Translations under genes and position numbers: made by a program
The notes under the pieces: generated by a model
The model's input: only the letters and a program-made list of their open reading frames with translations
The model's database searches: none
Told to the model about the DNA's origin: nothing
Part shown: in pieces, positions 38,339 through 47,349 of the stretch
How the letters are laid out: the number at the start of each line of letters is the position of its first letter
Position numbering within the stretch: position 1 is the stretch's first letter
NCBI GenBank assembly: GCA_963801675.1
Contig: CAWDFN010000001.1
Location: forward strand, 1,989,811 to 2,053,810
Length of the DNA: 64,000 nucleotides
Direction of reading: 5' to 3'
From: an uncultured Planctomycetia bacterium
GTDB lineage: Bacteria; Planctomycetota; Planctomycetia; Pirellulales; PALSA-1355

Positions 38339-39583
38339 ATGTCTGACACTGCTGCTTCCGCCGCGCCTGAAGTGCGCGAGATCGCGCCCGGCTTTGCCAC
38401 CGGCCAGGCGATCCTCAAGCCGCGCAAGGCGCGCCCCTTTTATGGCCGCCACCCTTGGGTGCTCGACTCGGCAATCGCGCGGATCGAGGGGAGCGTCGCG
38501 GACGGCGACGTGGTCGACCTGCTCACTGACGCCGGCAAGTTTGTTGCCCGTGGAATCTTCAACGGCCACAGCCGCATTCGCGTGCGACTCTACACCTGGG
38601 ACAACACCGAGGCCCTCGACGAAACACTTTGGAAAACGCGGCTGCGCACCGCCATCGAGCTTCGCCGACAAATGGGACTCGACCAGGCCGACGGCGCGGC
38701 GCGGCTGGTATTCAGCGAAGCCGACGCACTGAGCGGGCTGGTCGTCGACCGCTATGCCGAGTGGCTGGCGATTCAAGTCACCGGCCTGGGCATGGCCCGA
38801 CGGCTCGACGAAATCTGCGCTCTGCTCACCGAGCTGACGCATCCACGCGGCATTTTCATCCGCACTGAGAAAGGGGTCGCCGCGGCCGAAGGCATCGAGC
38901 TGCGCGACGGGCTGTACCAGGGCGAAGCGCCGCGCGGGCCTGCCTTCATTGTCGAGAACGGACTGCGCTACGGCATCGATCTGGCCGAAGGCCAAAAGAC
39001 CGGCTTCTATCTCGACCAGCGAGACAATCGCCGCGCCGCCGCCGCCTACTGCCGCGATCGACGCGTGCTCGACCTGTTTTGCTACAGTGGTGCCTTTGGA
39101 CTCAACGCCGCCGTGCACGGCGCGGCGCGCGAAGTGCTCGGCATCGACACCAGTCAAAAAGCCGTAGCGCTGGCCAGCGCCAACGCCGAGCTCAATGGCG
39201 TCAAAAACGCCCGCTACGAAGCCCTCGATTGCTTCAAGGCGCTGGCCGGTCTGGCTGCCAACCGCGAGCGGTTTGGCGTCGTCATCGTCGATCCGCCCAA
39301 GTTCACCCGCAATCGCAACGCCGTCGACGAAGCCCTGCGGGCCTACCACCGGCTCAACCGCCAGGCCGTCGAGGTGCTCGAACCGGGGGGCATCCTGGTG
39401 ACGTGCAGTTGTTCGGGGCACGTGACCCGCGAAGATTTCCTGTTCATGCTGCTGGGCGTGGCCGAGCAAACCGGCCGCGACATTCAAGTGCTGGAAATGC
39501 GCGGCGCCGCGCCCGACCATCCGCTCAGCGTCACCTGCCTGGAAGGCGAGTATCTGAAGTGCTTCATCTGCCGGGTGGTATGA
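38339..39583 (+). CDS. rlmI: 23S rRNA m5C methyltransferase RlmI-like (PUA + class I SAM MTase)
   Basis: 414 aa with HPWVLDSAI...GDVVDL (PUA-like), VLDLFCYSGAFGL (SAM motif) and VIVDPPKF. Confidence 0.8.
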   Translation: MSDTAASAAPEVREIAPGFATGQAILKPRKARPFYGRHPWVLDSAIARIEGSVADGDVVDLLTDAGKFVARGIFNGHSRIRVRLYTWDNTEALDETLWKTRLRTAIELRRQMGLDQADGAARLVFSEADALSGLVVDRYAEWLAIQVTGLGMARRLDEICALLTELTHPRGIFIRTEKGVAAAEGIELRDGLYQGEAPRGPAFIVENGLRYGIDLAEGQKTGFYLDQRDNRRAAAAYCRDRRVLDLFCYSGAFGLNAAVHGAAREVLGIDTSQKAVALASANAELNGVKNARYEALDCFKALAGLAANRERFGVVIVDPPKFTRNRNAVDEALRAYHRLNRQAVEVLEPGGILVTCSCSGHVTREDFLFMLLGVAEQTGRDIQVLEMRGAAPDHPLSVTCLEGEYLKCFICRVV

Positions 39584-39682
39584 CGGCGGGCACCCCGCCG
39601 GCGCTGTACGCCACGACCGCGCAGCCCCTGGGACGCCGCCCGCCCAGCCCAGTACTCCCCAGCCGCAACGCGGTGACTTGCC

Positions 39683-39757
39683 AACTGAAGCATTGTAGCC
39701 GGCCTCTATGAGGCCGGAATTCCCGCGAGGATTCCGGGGTCAGAGACCCCGGCTACA
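39683..39757. repeat. three-way structured element: outer stem TGTAGCCGG/CCGGCTACA enclosing two perfect 8-bp hairpins
   Basis: CCGGCCTC-TAT-GAGGCCGG and CCGGGGTC-AGA-GACCCCGG lie inside TGTAGCCGG...CCGGCTACA. Confidence 0.65.
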
Positions 39758-39953
39758 GAACGCCGCTCGGCCGCGGTCTTTTGGCCCCCGGCCGCCCTGG
39801 CCGGCCATTCCACTTGACCCTGGCCGCGCGGGCGCCTACGATATTCAAAGTGCCGGTGCGAACGTGGTGCCGGCTGGACCAAAGGTCTCGCGGGCGAACC
39901 AGGCTGGACTGGAGGCTAGCGGGATGGTCAACAGTTGGAAAGGAGGTGACCGC

Positions 39954-39986
39954 ATGTGTAGTGGCAACCAGAGGTGGCTCGTCTGA
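39954..39986 (+). CDS. 10-codon mini-ORF (MCSGNQRWLV) behind a strong Shine-Dalgarno sequence; coding status unproven
   Basis: GGAAAGGAGGTGACCGC-ATG, then a stop after 10 codons. An orphan terminator lies about 85 nt downstream. Confidence 0.2.
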   Translation: MCSGNQRWLV

Positions 39987-40072
39987 CGAGCAGCCGACGG
40001 GCTGCGGACCCTGCGAAGAAACCTTCCTCGCGCGGACGTCAGTCAGCCAGTTTTGAAACCGATAACGGTGGA

Positions 40073-40109
40073 GCCGGCCGAAGCAACTTCTTCGGCCGGT
40101 TCTTTTTTT
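40073..40109 (+). terminator. rho-independent terminator with no annotated upstream gene
   Basis: GCCGGCCGAAG-CAACT-CTTCGGCCGG followed by TTCTTTTTTT. Confidence 0.7.
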
Positions 40110-40376
40110 GCGTGGATAGGGTTTTTGACGTCCGCAAAGGGAATTGGCCATGCAGCAACGCTAATCCGGGGATCCGCCGCGACGGCGCGCGCAATCGGCG
40201 CAGCTTTGGCGGCCTCTTCCGCTTAACCGTCATGGGCGGTTTCGGGGGACGTTACTATCGCTTTTTTGCGTCGTACATTGAATTGTCGAGTGTTGCGGAA
40301 CCGATCATGCAAAGCTAGCATAGATGGTCAAAGTGCACCGCTGGCGTTCTGTTTTCCGATTGAGGAGGATTTTCTG

Positions 40377-41179
40377 ATGCGGCGGATTGGCAGAGTAGTC
40401 ATGGTCTGGGCCGTGGTGTTTTTAACGGCGGTCGACCCTGCGTCGGCTTGCCGATTCCGGCGCCGTTGTTGCCCGCCGCCGTGCTGCTACACGCGCTGCG
40501 TGCCATGCTGCCAGCCGGTCGTTTGCTGCGAGTCGTCGCCCTCGAGTGCCGAGCCATCGCCGACGCCCGCCGACGCTCAGTCTCAGCCGCTTCCGGAACC
40601 GACGCCGGCGCCGCTGCCCGAACCCTCGTTCGAGCAACCCGCGCCCCCGGTGCAGCCGCCTGCCGACGACATGCCCGAAGAGCCCGCGCCGCGCCTCCGG
40701 CCGAGGAGATGCCCGAAGAGCCGGCCCCCGCGCCGAAGCCGGGCAACGACGTCGACGACCTGTTCAAGGATGCCGACGACAAGACTGCCCCCGAAAAGAC
40801 CGAACCGGCTGAAGAGCCCGAGGCGCCCAAGACGGAGAAGTCGGATGATGCCGACGATCTGTTCAAAGAGGCCGACGACAAGGACAAGAAGGCCGCGGCG
40901 GTCCGCTCGGCCAATGACGAATCGCTGGCCAAGCTGCGAGCCGAAATCGAAGATCTGTTCGGCGAACCGGCCGACGCCACCGTCTCGAACTCGATGCGGC
41001 TGTGGTCCGACAACACCGGCAAGTTCCAGGTTTACGCCCGGCTGATCTCGGTGAACGACACGCACGTCCGGCTGCTGAAAGACACCGGCAAGTACACCAC
41101 CGTGTCGTTCAATCGCCTGAGCCGCGCCGACCTGGCATTCGTTCGCCAACACGCAACTAACACGATTGCCCAGAAATAG
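40377..41179 (+). pseudogene. secreted Cys-rich / acidic low-complexity protein with C-terminal SHD1 domain; one frameshift
   Basis: The frame of 40266..41045 gives MRRIGRVVMVWAVVFLTAVDPASACRFRRRCCPPPCC...PPADDMPEEPAP. The frame of 40448..41179 continues PPAEEMPEEPAPAPKPG...MRLWSDNTGKFQVYARLISVNDTHVRLLKDTGKYTTVSFNRLSRADL (SHD1). Confidence 0.6.
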
Positions 41180-41261
41180 CGAGTGCCACAACTCGAATGT
41201 CCGCGCGTCCGTGTCGGGATCGTGATTGAAATCTAGACGCTCGCGCGAGATCGCTATAATG

Positions 41262-41301
41262 GCCGCGGCGGTTCCCACACGGGACCGCCGCGGTTTTTTT
41301 T
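41262..41301 (+). terminator. rho-independent terminator
   Basis: GCCGCGGCGGTTCCC-ACAC-GGGACCGCCGCGG followed by a T8 run. Confidence 0.8.
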
Positions 41302-41328
41302 GATGCGCTAGCAAATCGAGGGCCGACC

Positions 41329-42084
41329 ATGCGGTGGTTGAAACGTTTGTTCGCGCCGTTGCTGGTGGCGGCCGTCGCCGTGGCCTCGGCTGCGGAGCCA
41401 AAATCGTTGTTGCTCATCGGCCAAGGGCCCGACGGTCATCCGCCGACAACGCACGAATACATGGCGGGCGTCGAGCGGCTGGCCAAACTGCTCGCGCCGA
41501 CCGAGGGCCTGACGGTGCGCGTCGTCAAAGCCGACGGGCCGTGGACCGAGGGGCCGCAGTTGCTCGCCGACGTCGACGGTGCGGTACTGTTCCTTTCCGA
41601 GGGAGCCCGCTGGATTCAGGCAGAGCCGCGACGCCTCGACGCGTTCTCGCGGTTGGCCGCTCGCGGCGGCGGGCTGGTCGCGCTGCACTGGGCCATCGGA
41701 ACCAGGGCGGCTGAGCCCATCGGTCCCTTTTTGAAGCTGCTGGGCGGGTGCCACGGCGGGCCCGACCGAAAATACCAGGTCGTTGAGACCGAGCTGCGCG
41801 TCACCGATCCGGCGCACCCAATCGCAGCCGGCCTGCGGAACTTTCGCGCCCGCGACGAGTTCTATTATCAGTTGAAATTCGTCGAGCCGCCGCAATCCAT
41901 TCTCCCCGTGCTCGAAGCGATGATCGACGGCCGGCCCCAGACCGTGGCCTGGAGCTGGCAGCGGCCCGACGGCGGCCGCTCGTTCGGATTCAGCGGCCTG
42001 CACTTCGACGAAAACTGGAAGCTACCCGAGTATTGCAAGCTGCTCACGCAAGCCACGCTGTGGACGCTAAAGGTGGGGGATTAA
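41329..42084 (+). CDS. ThuA-like domain protein, secreted
   Basis: 251 aa with a signal peptide. LLLIGQGPDGHPPTTHEY...GGGLVALHWAIG fits the ThuA/class-I-glutamine-amidotransferase-like pattern. Confidence 0.7.
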   Translation: MRWLKRLFAPLLVAAVAVASAAEPKSLLLIGQGPDGHPPTTHEYMAGVERLAKLLAPTEGLTVRVVKADGPWTEGPQLLADVDGAVLFLSEGARWIQAEPRRLDAFSRLAARGGGLVALHWAIGTRAAEPIGPFLKLLGGCHGGPDRKYQVVETELRVTDPAHPIAAGLRNFRARDEFYYQLKFVEPPQSILPVLEAMIDGRPQTVAWSWQRPDGGRSFGFSGLHFDENWKLPEYCKLLTQATLWTLKVGD

Positions 42085-42274
42085 TTTCTGGTGCCGACGA
42101 ACGTTTTCGCCGACGCGGACGACTTGGGGCTTGGTGCGGGTCAAATCGATCGACCGCCGCAAGTTGTCAAAAAAATGCTTTAATCGCCTTTCAAACTGTG
42201 TTAGAATTTTTCTCGGAGTCAGGGTCGAGGCATTCTCTTTAGGTTGGCACTCGCGCCAACACTCGGAACAGCGG

Positions 42275-43052
42275 ATGTACGCGCGTTCGTTGAGAGCTTG
42301 GTTTTCTTCGCTCGATCCGTCGGAGTGGCATGACTTCGACTATCTGCGGCCAGCCGCCGGGCATCGGGGAATGCTTGTCCCGCTGCTGGTAATTTTCGCG
42401 ATTGCCGTCGCGGACGTCTGCTTCGCGCGCACGACGATGGCCATCCTCTACGTCGTGCCGCTGCTGCTACTGGCCCAAGCCGGCGAGATACGCTACCAGG
42501 GGCGGATCATCGGCCTGCTTGCCGCGCTGACCTTTAGCGCTTACCTGATCAAGAAGATGATGGACCCCAACGGGTCGTCTACGAGCTATTTTCACTACAC
42601 TTTGCTGAACCGCGCTTTGGTCGTGGCGATGCTCATCGCCGTCGGTTGGGTGTTGCGGTTTTGGGTCCGTTGGCGCGAGGAGCAATCCAACCCGGAGTTG
42701 CCCGACGAGCTTCGCTATCAGGATCGCGAGATCAGCGCGACGCTGGCCATGGCGGTGTGCGCCGCTGGTTGTGGTGATCGTCCTGGTCGATTACTTCTCG
42801 CCGGCCAATTTCAATCTGGCCATCTTGTATCCGATTCCGCTGCTGATTTGCATTTGGACGCGCAGCCGGAAGTTGATGTGGACGATGTTGGTTCTTCTCT
42901 TGGCGCTGGCCGCGATCGCGCAATTTGTAGGCCCGCCGACAACCGATCCCACGCCCGAGGCGATCCGTTCGCTGTACCGCAATCGCCTGGTCGCCGGCTC
43001 GGCTATGCTCGCGATGACCGCCATCGTGCATTTCTGGATCGGCCGCAAGTAG
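42275..43052 (+). pseudogene. membrane protein built from two tandem copies of a multi-TM module; frameshift between copies
   Basis: Module 1 (ORF 42131..43087 from MYARSL) contains AILYVVPLLLLA. Module 2 (ORF 42771..43052) contains AILYPIPLLICI. The frame changes near 42755-42765. Confidence 0.5.
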
Positions 43053-43363
43053 ATCTCGACGGGCTGCCAAAGCCGTGCTCGAGTTAGGCGGCCCCGCTCT
43101 TTCCATTTTCATCCTTCATCCTTCCCGCCCTGCCTCATCTCGACGCATCCACTGGACAATCTCCAGGCAGCGGTCCGCAGCAATCGCTCGCCGCGGCCGA
43201 GTGCGCTGCTGTGATGCCTCGCCGCAAGTCCAGATTGTCGTTTGACTAAAGGAGCACCTTGCGGTTTTGCATTCCTCACGTGCCAGCACCGGCACGGAGA
43301 TTGCACATCGCAGCCTCGCCCTGGTATTGATCCAAGCCCGCAGACATCCTGACACGAAATCCC

Positions 43364-43678
43364 ATGCGGCACTTCCTTACGATCGCGATACTGCTCATTT
43401 GCGTCTGCCAGAACTGCGTGGCCGTGCATGCCTTGCAACGCGGAAGCAGTGGCTCCGAAGCGGCCGTCGGCCAGCATCAGCAGCCGCTGCATGTTCCCTG
43501 TGTCCGAGCCGTCGACTGGGCACGCTGGTGCGCCACCGTGAAGTCCCTATACGGCAGCCAACTGCCCCTCAACATTCGCACGGCTACCGGCGGAAGCTGG
43601 ATCGAACCCCTGGATGGCCGGCCCGGCTCCGCGCCAAGTCCGACTTTGCAATCGCAGCTCGTTCGCTTGCAAGTCTGA
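43364..43678 (+). CDS. hypothetical small secreted protein
   Basis: 104 aa with a signal-like N-terminus (MRHFLTIAILLICVCQNCVAVHA). No family recognised. Confidence 0.3.
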   Translation: MRHFLTIAILLICVCQNCVAVHALQRGSSGSEAAVGQHQQPLHVPCVRAVDWARWCATVKSLYGSQLPLNIRTATGGSWIEPLDGRPGSAPSPTLQSQLVRLQV

Positions 43679-43926
43679 GCCAACCGCGCCAGCCACGCGC
43701 TGGCTTTCTTCTTGGCGGTTGTTCGTTCCGTTCTCAATTGCGGCCCCAGTAACGGTTGCCGGATTATTCCGGCCCGCGCCCGACTCGGCAACTCCTTAGG
43801 CTTGCCCAAGAGCGAGATTGCGGCGCCTTCCGTCGAGTTGACTTTTTCAAGTGCAGGTATTTGTTGAGCGTCGGCGTTTCCTTTGTGTCTCTGTCCTCCC
43901 GTGTCCCTCTGAAAAGCGAGGTCGTT

Positions 43927-45354
43927 ATGAAGAATCTAGCCGTCGTGCTGTTGCTTGCGTGCTTGGTCGCGCTGCTGGAATGTGGGTGGACGCATTCGGC
44001 ACAAGCACAAGAGTCGCCGGGCGATACCCCCGCGGCCGAAGCGCAGCCGCCCGCCGGGCCCAAGCCTTTGGATCGCGGCGACAACGCCTGGATGCTCACC
44101 TCCTCGGCGCTGGTGCTGATGATGACCGGTCCCGGCTTGGCGTTGTTCTACGGCGGACTGGTGCGCAAGAAGAACGTGCTCAGCGTGATCATGCAATGCA
44201 TTTTCTTGATGGGACTGATGACCGTCATCTGGGCACTGTATGGCTACTCGTTGGCCTTCGGCGGCGCCGACGCCTGGATCGGCAACGGCGACTACCTGTT
44301 CATGAAGGGCGTCCAGGCCGAATGGGTCGACGGCGCTTCGGTGATTCCCCAGCACACCGCGTACAACATTCCCGTGCTCACGCACATGCTGTTTCAAGGC
44401 ATGTTCTTCATCATCACGCCCGCGCTGATCTGCGGAGCGTTCGCCGAGCGGATGAAGTTCAGCACGATGGTCGTGTTCATGATCCTGTGGGGGACGATCG
44501 TCTACTGCCCGCTGGCTCATTGGGTGTGGGGCGGCGGAATTCTGGCCTATGGCTCCGAACACGCCGTGAAGTACGGAATGGGCGGCGCGCTCGACTTTGC
44601 CGGCGGCACCGTCGTGCACATCAGCTCGGGTGTCTCGGCCTTGGTCTGCGCCCTCGTGCTGGGCAAGCGCCTCGGCTATGGCACCGAGCCCATGCCGCCG
44701 CACAACCTGACCTACACCGCCATCGGCGCCACCATGCTGTGGGTCGGCTGGTTCGGCTTCAATGCCGGCAGCGCCGGCGCCGCCGACGGCGTTGCCGCCA
44801 GCGCTTTCTGCGCCACGCACTTTTCAGCCGCCGCCGGCGCGCTGACCTGGGCCGCCATGGAGTGGATGTTCAACGGCAAACCCACCGTGCTCGGCGCCTG
44901 CTCCGGAGCGGTCGCCGGCCTGGTCTGTATCACGCCTGCCTCGGGCTACGTCCTGCCGATACAATCGCTGATCATGGGCGTGGCCGTCGGCGTCGTTTGC
45001 TACCTGGCGTGCACGGCGCTCAAGAGCAAGTTCAACTACGACGACTCGCTCGACGCCTTCGGCGTGCATGGCGTCGGCGGAACGCTCGGCGCGATTCTCA
45101 CCGGCGTGTTCGCCACGCGTGCCGTGCAGGATCTTAACAAGAGCGGCGATCACGCCTTGGGCCTTTTGGAAGGCGGCTCGCTGCTCACCGGGCAGATCGC
45201 CGCGACCGTGATCACCTGGGTCTTCGCAGCCGTGGTCACGTTCGTGCTGCTCAAAGTGCTCGACGCCACGATGGGCTTGCGCGTCTCGCCCGAAGACGAA
45301 AGCGCGGGCCTGGACGTCACGCAGCACGGCGAGGAAGGCTACATTTTTCTGTGA
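43927..45354 (+). CDS. amt: ammonium transporter (Amt family)
   Basis: The internal Met of ORF 43756..45354 gives MKNLAVVLLLACLVAL. AWMLTSSALVLMMTGPGLALFYGG, DFAGGTVVHISSG and GVHGVGGTLGAILTG are present. Confidence 0.9.
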   Translation: MKNLAVVLLLACLVALLECGWTHSAQAQESPGDTPAAEAQPPAGPKPLDRGDNAWMLTSSALVLMMTGPGLALFYGGLVRKKNVLSVIMQCIFLMGLMTVIWALYGYSLAFGGADAWIGNGDYLFMKGVQAEWVDGASVIPQHTAYNIPVLTHMLFQGMFFIITPALICGAFAERMKFSTMVVFMILWGTIVYCPLAHWVWGGGILAYGSEHAVKYGMGGALDFAGGTVVHISSGVSALVCALVLGKRLGYGTEPMPPHNLTYTAIGATMLWVGWFGFNAGSAGAADGVAASAFCATHFSAAAGALTWAAMEWMFNGKPTVLGACSGAVAGLVCITPASGYVLPIQSLIMGVAVGVVCYLACTALKSKFNYDDSLDAFGVHGVGGTLGAILTGVFATRAVQDLNKSGDHALGLLEGGSLLTGQIAATVITWVFAAVVTFVLLKVLDATMGLRVSPEDESAGLDVTQHGEEGYIFL

Positions 45355-45417
45355 GTCGTTGTCTCTGAAGTCTCTATGAGCAGAATCTGGCCTTCGCTTG
45401 GCCAGAGGGACGCCGAG

Positions 45418-45453
45418 GCTTGGGTGGTTCGCCACCCAGGCCTTGGTTTTTTT
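45418..45453 (+). terminator. rho-independent terminator downstream of amt
   Basis: GCTTGGGTGG-TTCG-CCACCCAGGC followed by CTTGGTTTTTTT. Confidence 0.7.
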
Positions 45454-45671
45454 GTGGCGCGCCGGGCGTGTCGCCAGTGGGCAGGGTGCCACTGCTTGCT
45501 TGTCAAGCAGTGCCCGCTTGGGTACAGAGCTGGAAGCTCTCTTGTTCGCGCACGGCAAACATGGGTGCCTTCACACGTTCCGGCCGTTATACTTTCGCTC
45601 CGATTCGTCGCGCGCCGCAGGCTGAGTTGTATTAGTCGTCGCGTGCCGGCAATCCACGGAGAAAGACGTCC

Positions 45672-46154
45672 ATGTCCGTCGAGATCGTGCGAGCCGACCT
45701 GGGCGAGCCGGCGCATCAGCGGGCGGTCGTCGAGCTCGTTGACGCCTACGCTCAGGATCCGATGGGCAATGGCCATCCGCTCTCCGGCGAAGTGCGACGC
45801 AATCTGATCCCTGGCCTGCGAGACCATCCGACCACGCTCGTCTTCCTGGCATACCAGGATGACATTGCGATCGGAATCGCCGTCTGCTTTCGTGGGTTTT
45901 CGACATTCGCCGCGCGCCCGCTGGTCAACATCCATGACCTGGCCGTGCTGCCCGCGAATCGCGGACAAGGCATCGGCCGCAAGCTTCTCGATCGTGTCGA
46001 GCAACACGCGCTGGCGATGGGTTGCTGCAAACTCACGCTCGAAGTGCAAGAACGCAACCAGCGCGCCCGGCACCTCTACTCGGCCTTCGGCTTCGCCCAA
46101 GCCGAATACCAAGAATCCGCCGGCGGAGCCCTGTTTTATTCCAAGACGTTCTGA
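45672..46154 (+). CDS. GNAT-family N-acetyltransferase
   Basis: 160 aa with LAVLPANRGQGIGRKLLDRVEQHA (acetyl-CoA-binding motif A). Confidence 0.85.
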   Translation: MSVEIVRADLGEPAHQRAVVELVDAYAQDPMGNGHPLSGEVRRNLIPGLRDHPTTLVFLAYQDDIAIGIAVCFRGFSTFAARPLVNIHDLAVLPANRGQGIGRKLLDRVEQHALAMGCCKLTLEVQERNQRARHLYSAFGFAQAEYQESAGGALFYSKTF

Positions 46155-46173
46155 TGTTAATGCCTGAATGCCT

Positions 46174-46190
46174 GGGCGACGTATGCTAAT
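46174..46190 (+). repeat. 17-bp direct repeat GGGCGACGTATGCTAAT, left copy
   Basis: An identical 17-mer recurs at 49890-49906. Confidence 0.85.
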
Positions 46191-46435
46191 TCGCAAATCG
46201 CAACTGTTGGCGATTGTGGACCGACCTCGCAACCCTCTTCTAGCGGCGCAGTTGCGTCATAACGCTTCGAATCGACACGCTGACTGACAACCGTCGCAGG
46301 CTCCCTGGAACCTTGCGAGTTGGATTTTGACAATTGATGGTTGTCAACCCGATGGCGGGGGATTTTATGTTCGCTCCGTTGGGTTGCCAGTTATAATTCA
46401 GCGTGGTTGATGAACATCTCAAGGAGGGTCCGAAC

Positions 46436-46690
46436 ATGACGCGAATTCGATACGATAGTGCAGTGCGCGAGGGTCTCGCAAATGCGATTCGAGACGCCGA
46501 AGTAGTCGCCCTGTACGATGTCGATTTCGAGAAACAGCAATGGGTCTGGAACAAACGCAGTGCGAGGATGGTTGCTGTTGGAGCCCCGGCCCATAAGTTG
46601 GACGTGTTGGAAATTGGGGTTTCCACAGAAAAACTCAGCGAACTAAAGTCGCTTGTGACTGGGATCAAGGATGGCCCCGCGTCCGGTTGA
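46436..46690 (+). CDS. hypothetical 84-aa protein, first gene of a coupled pair
   Basis: The internal Met of ORF 46403..46690 is preceded by AAGGAGG at a spacing of 7 nt. Its stop codon directly abuts the ATG of the next gene (TGAATG). The region is A/T-richer than its flanks. Confidence 0.5.
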   Translation: MTRIRYDSAVREGLANAIRDAEVVALYDVDFEKQQWVWNKRSARMVAVGAPAHKLDVLEIGVSTEKLSELKSLVTGIKDGPASG

Positions 46691-47338
46691 ATGTTGCCCT
46701 TTGAAGATCAACTGGCGGGTTTGATAGAAGCCATCCGGCAACAGCTAGGAATAGAATTGGCGTCGAATGGCAACGCCGGGCTTCCGCATCAGCCGAAAGC
46801 CCATCGCGTATTCAAAATATCGGCCGGTGAAATCACTGCCGACCGTCGCCACCAGATTCGCCAATTGGCTGAGTCTCGCGGGATTCAAATCACCCGCCAG
46901 CCCTGCGAAGTAATCCCGCCGCGAAAAACTGAATACTTCTATTTTGGCCCGATGGTCCTCGTCAAACCCGACTGGGTTTACCATGTCACGTCGCGGCAAA
47001 GGCACCGTTTGATAAAAACAGATGGGCTGTTGCCAAGTAATGAAGAACGACAGGTTTCCAAAAGTCGGCAAGACTGTGAAGGGAACGCCTATGTCTGTGC
47101 AAAACCAGGCGCCCCGGACGACGCTAACGCACCGCACGGCGATAGTGCGCACTGGTGGCTAGGGGAGAAAGTCAGACGAGGGGAAATCCTTGAATCGGAT
47201 GCGGTTATTCTGGAAATCGACATTTCCAAAGCGCCTAACGTCACGCTGTTTAAGGATGACCATTGGAGCGCTACAGGTATCGTTGTCCGTGGCGTCGTGC
47301 CACCGGAGGCGATCCAGCTTTTCTACCAGGCACTATGA
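46691..47338 (+). CDS. hypothetical 215-aa protein; C-terminal half resembles an ADP-ribosyltransferase fold (Tpt1/KptA- or DarT-like) by motif pattern only
   Basis: VYHVTSRQRHRLIKTDGLLPS compares with LYHGT..I...GL of Tpt1 and YHFTH..L.SIL.HGLLS of DarT. GNAYVCAKPG and AVILEIDISKAPNVTLFKDD...GIVVRGVVPPEAIQL parallel the later Tpt1 strands. Confidence 0.35.
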   Translation: MLPFEDQLAGLIEAIRQQLGIELASNGNAGLPHQPKAHRVFKISAGEITADRRHQIRQLAESRGIQITRQPCEVIPPRKTEYFYFGPMVLVKPDWVYHVTSRQRHRLIKTDGLLPSNEERQVSKSRQDCEGNAYVCAKPGAPDDANAPHGDSAHWWLGEKVRRGEILESDAVILEIDISKAPNVTLFKDDHWSATGIVVRGVVPPEAIQLFYQAL

Positions 47339-47349
47339 TTGCAGCGCAT

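Noticed and set aside
43700-43926. A search for a sigma54 (TGGCAC-N5-TTGC) promoter or a glnK partner around the ammonium transporter gene.
   Set aside because: No convincing -24/-12 element was seen by eye, and no PII gene flanks amt. The absence is noted, but nothing positive can be reported.
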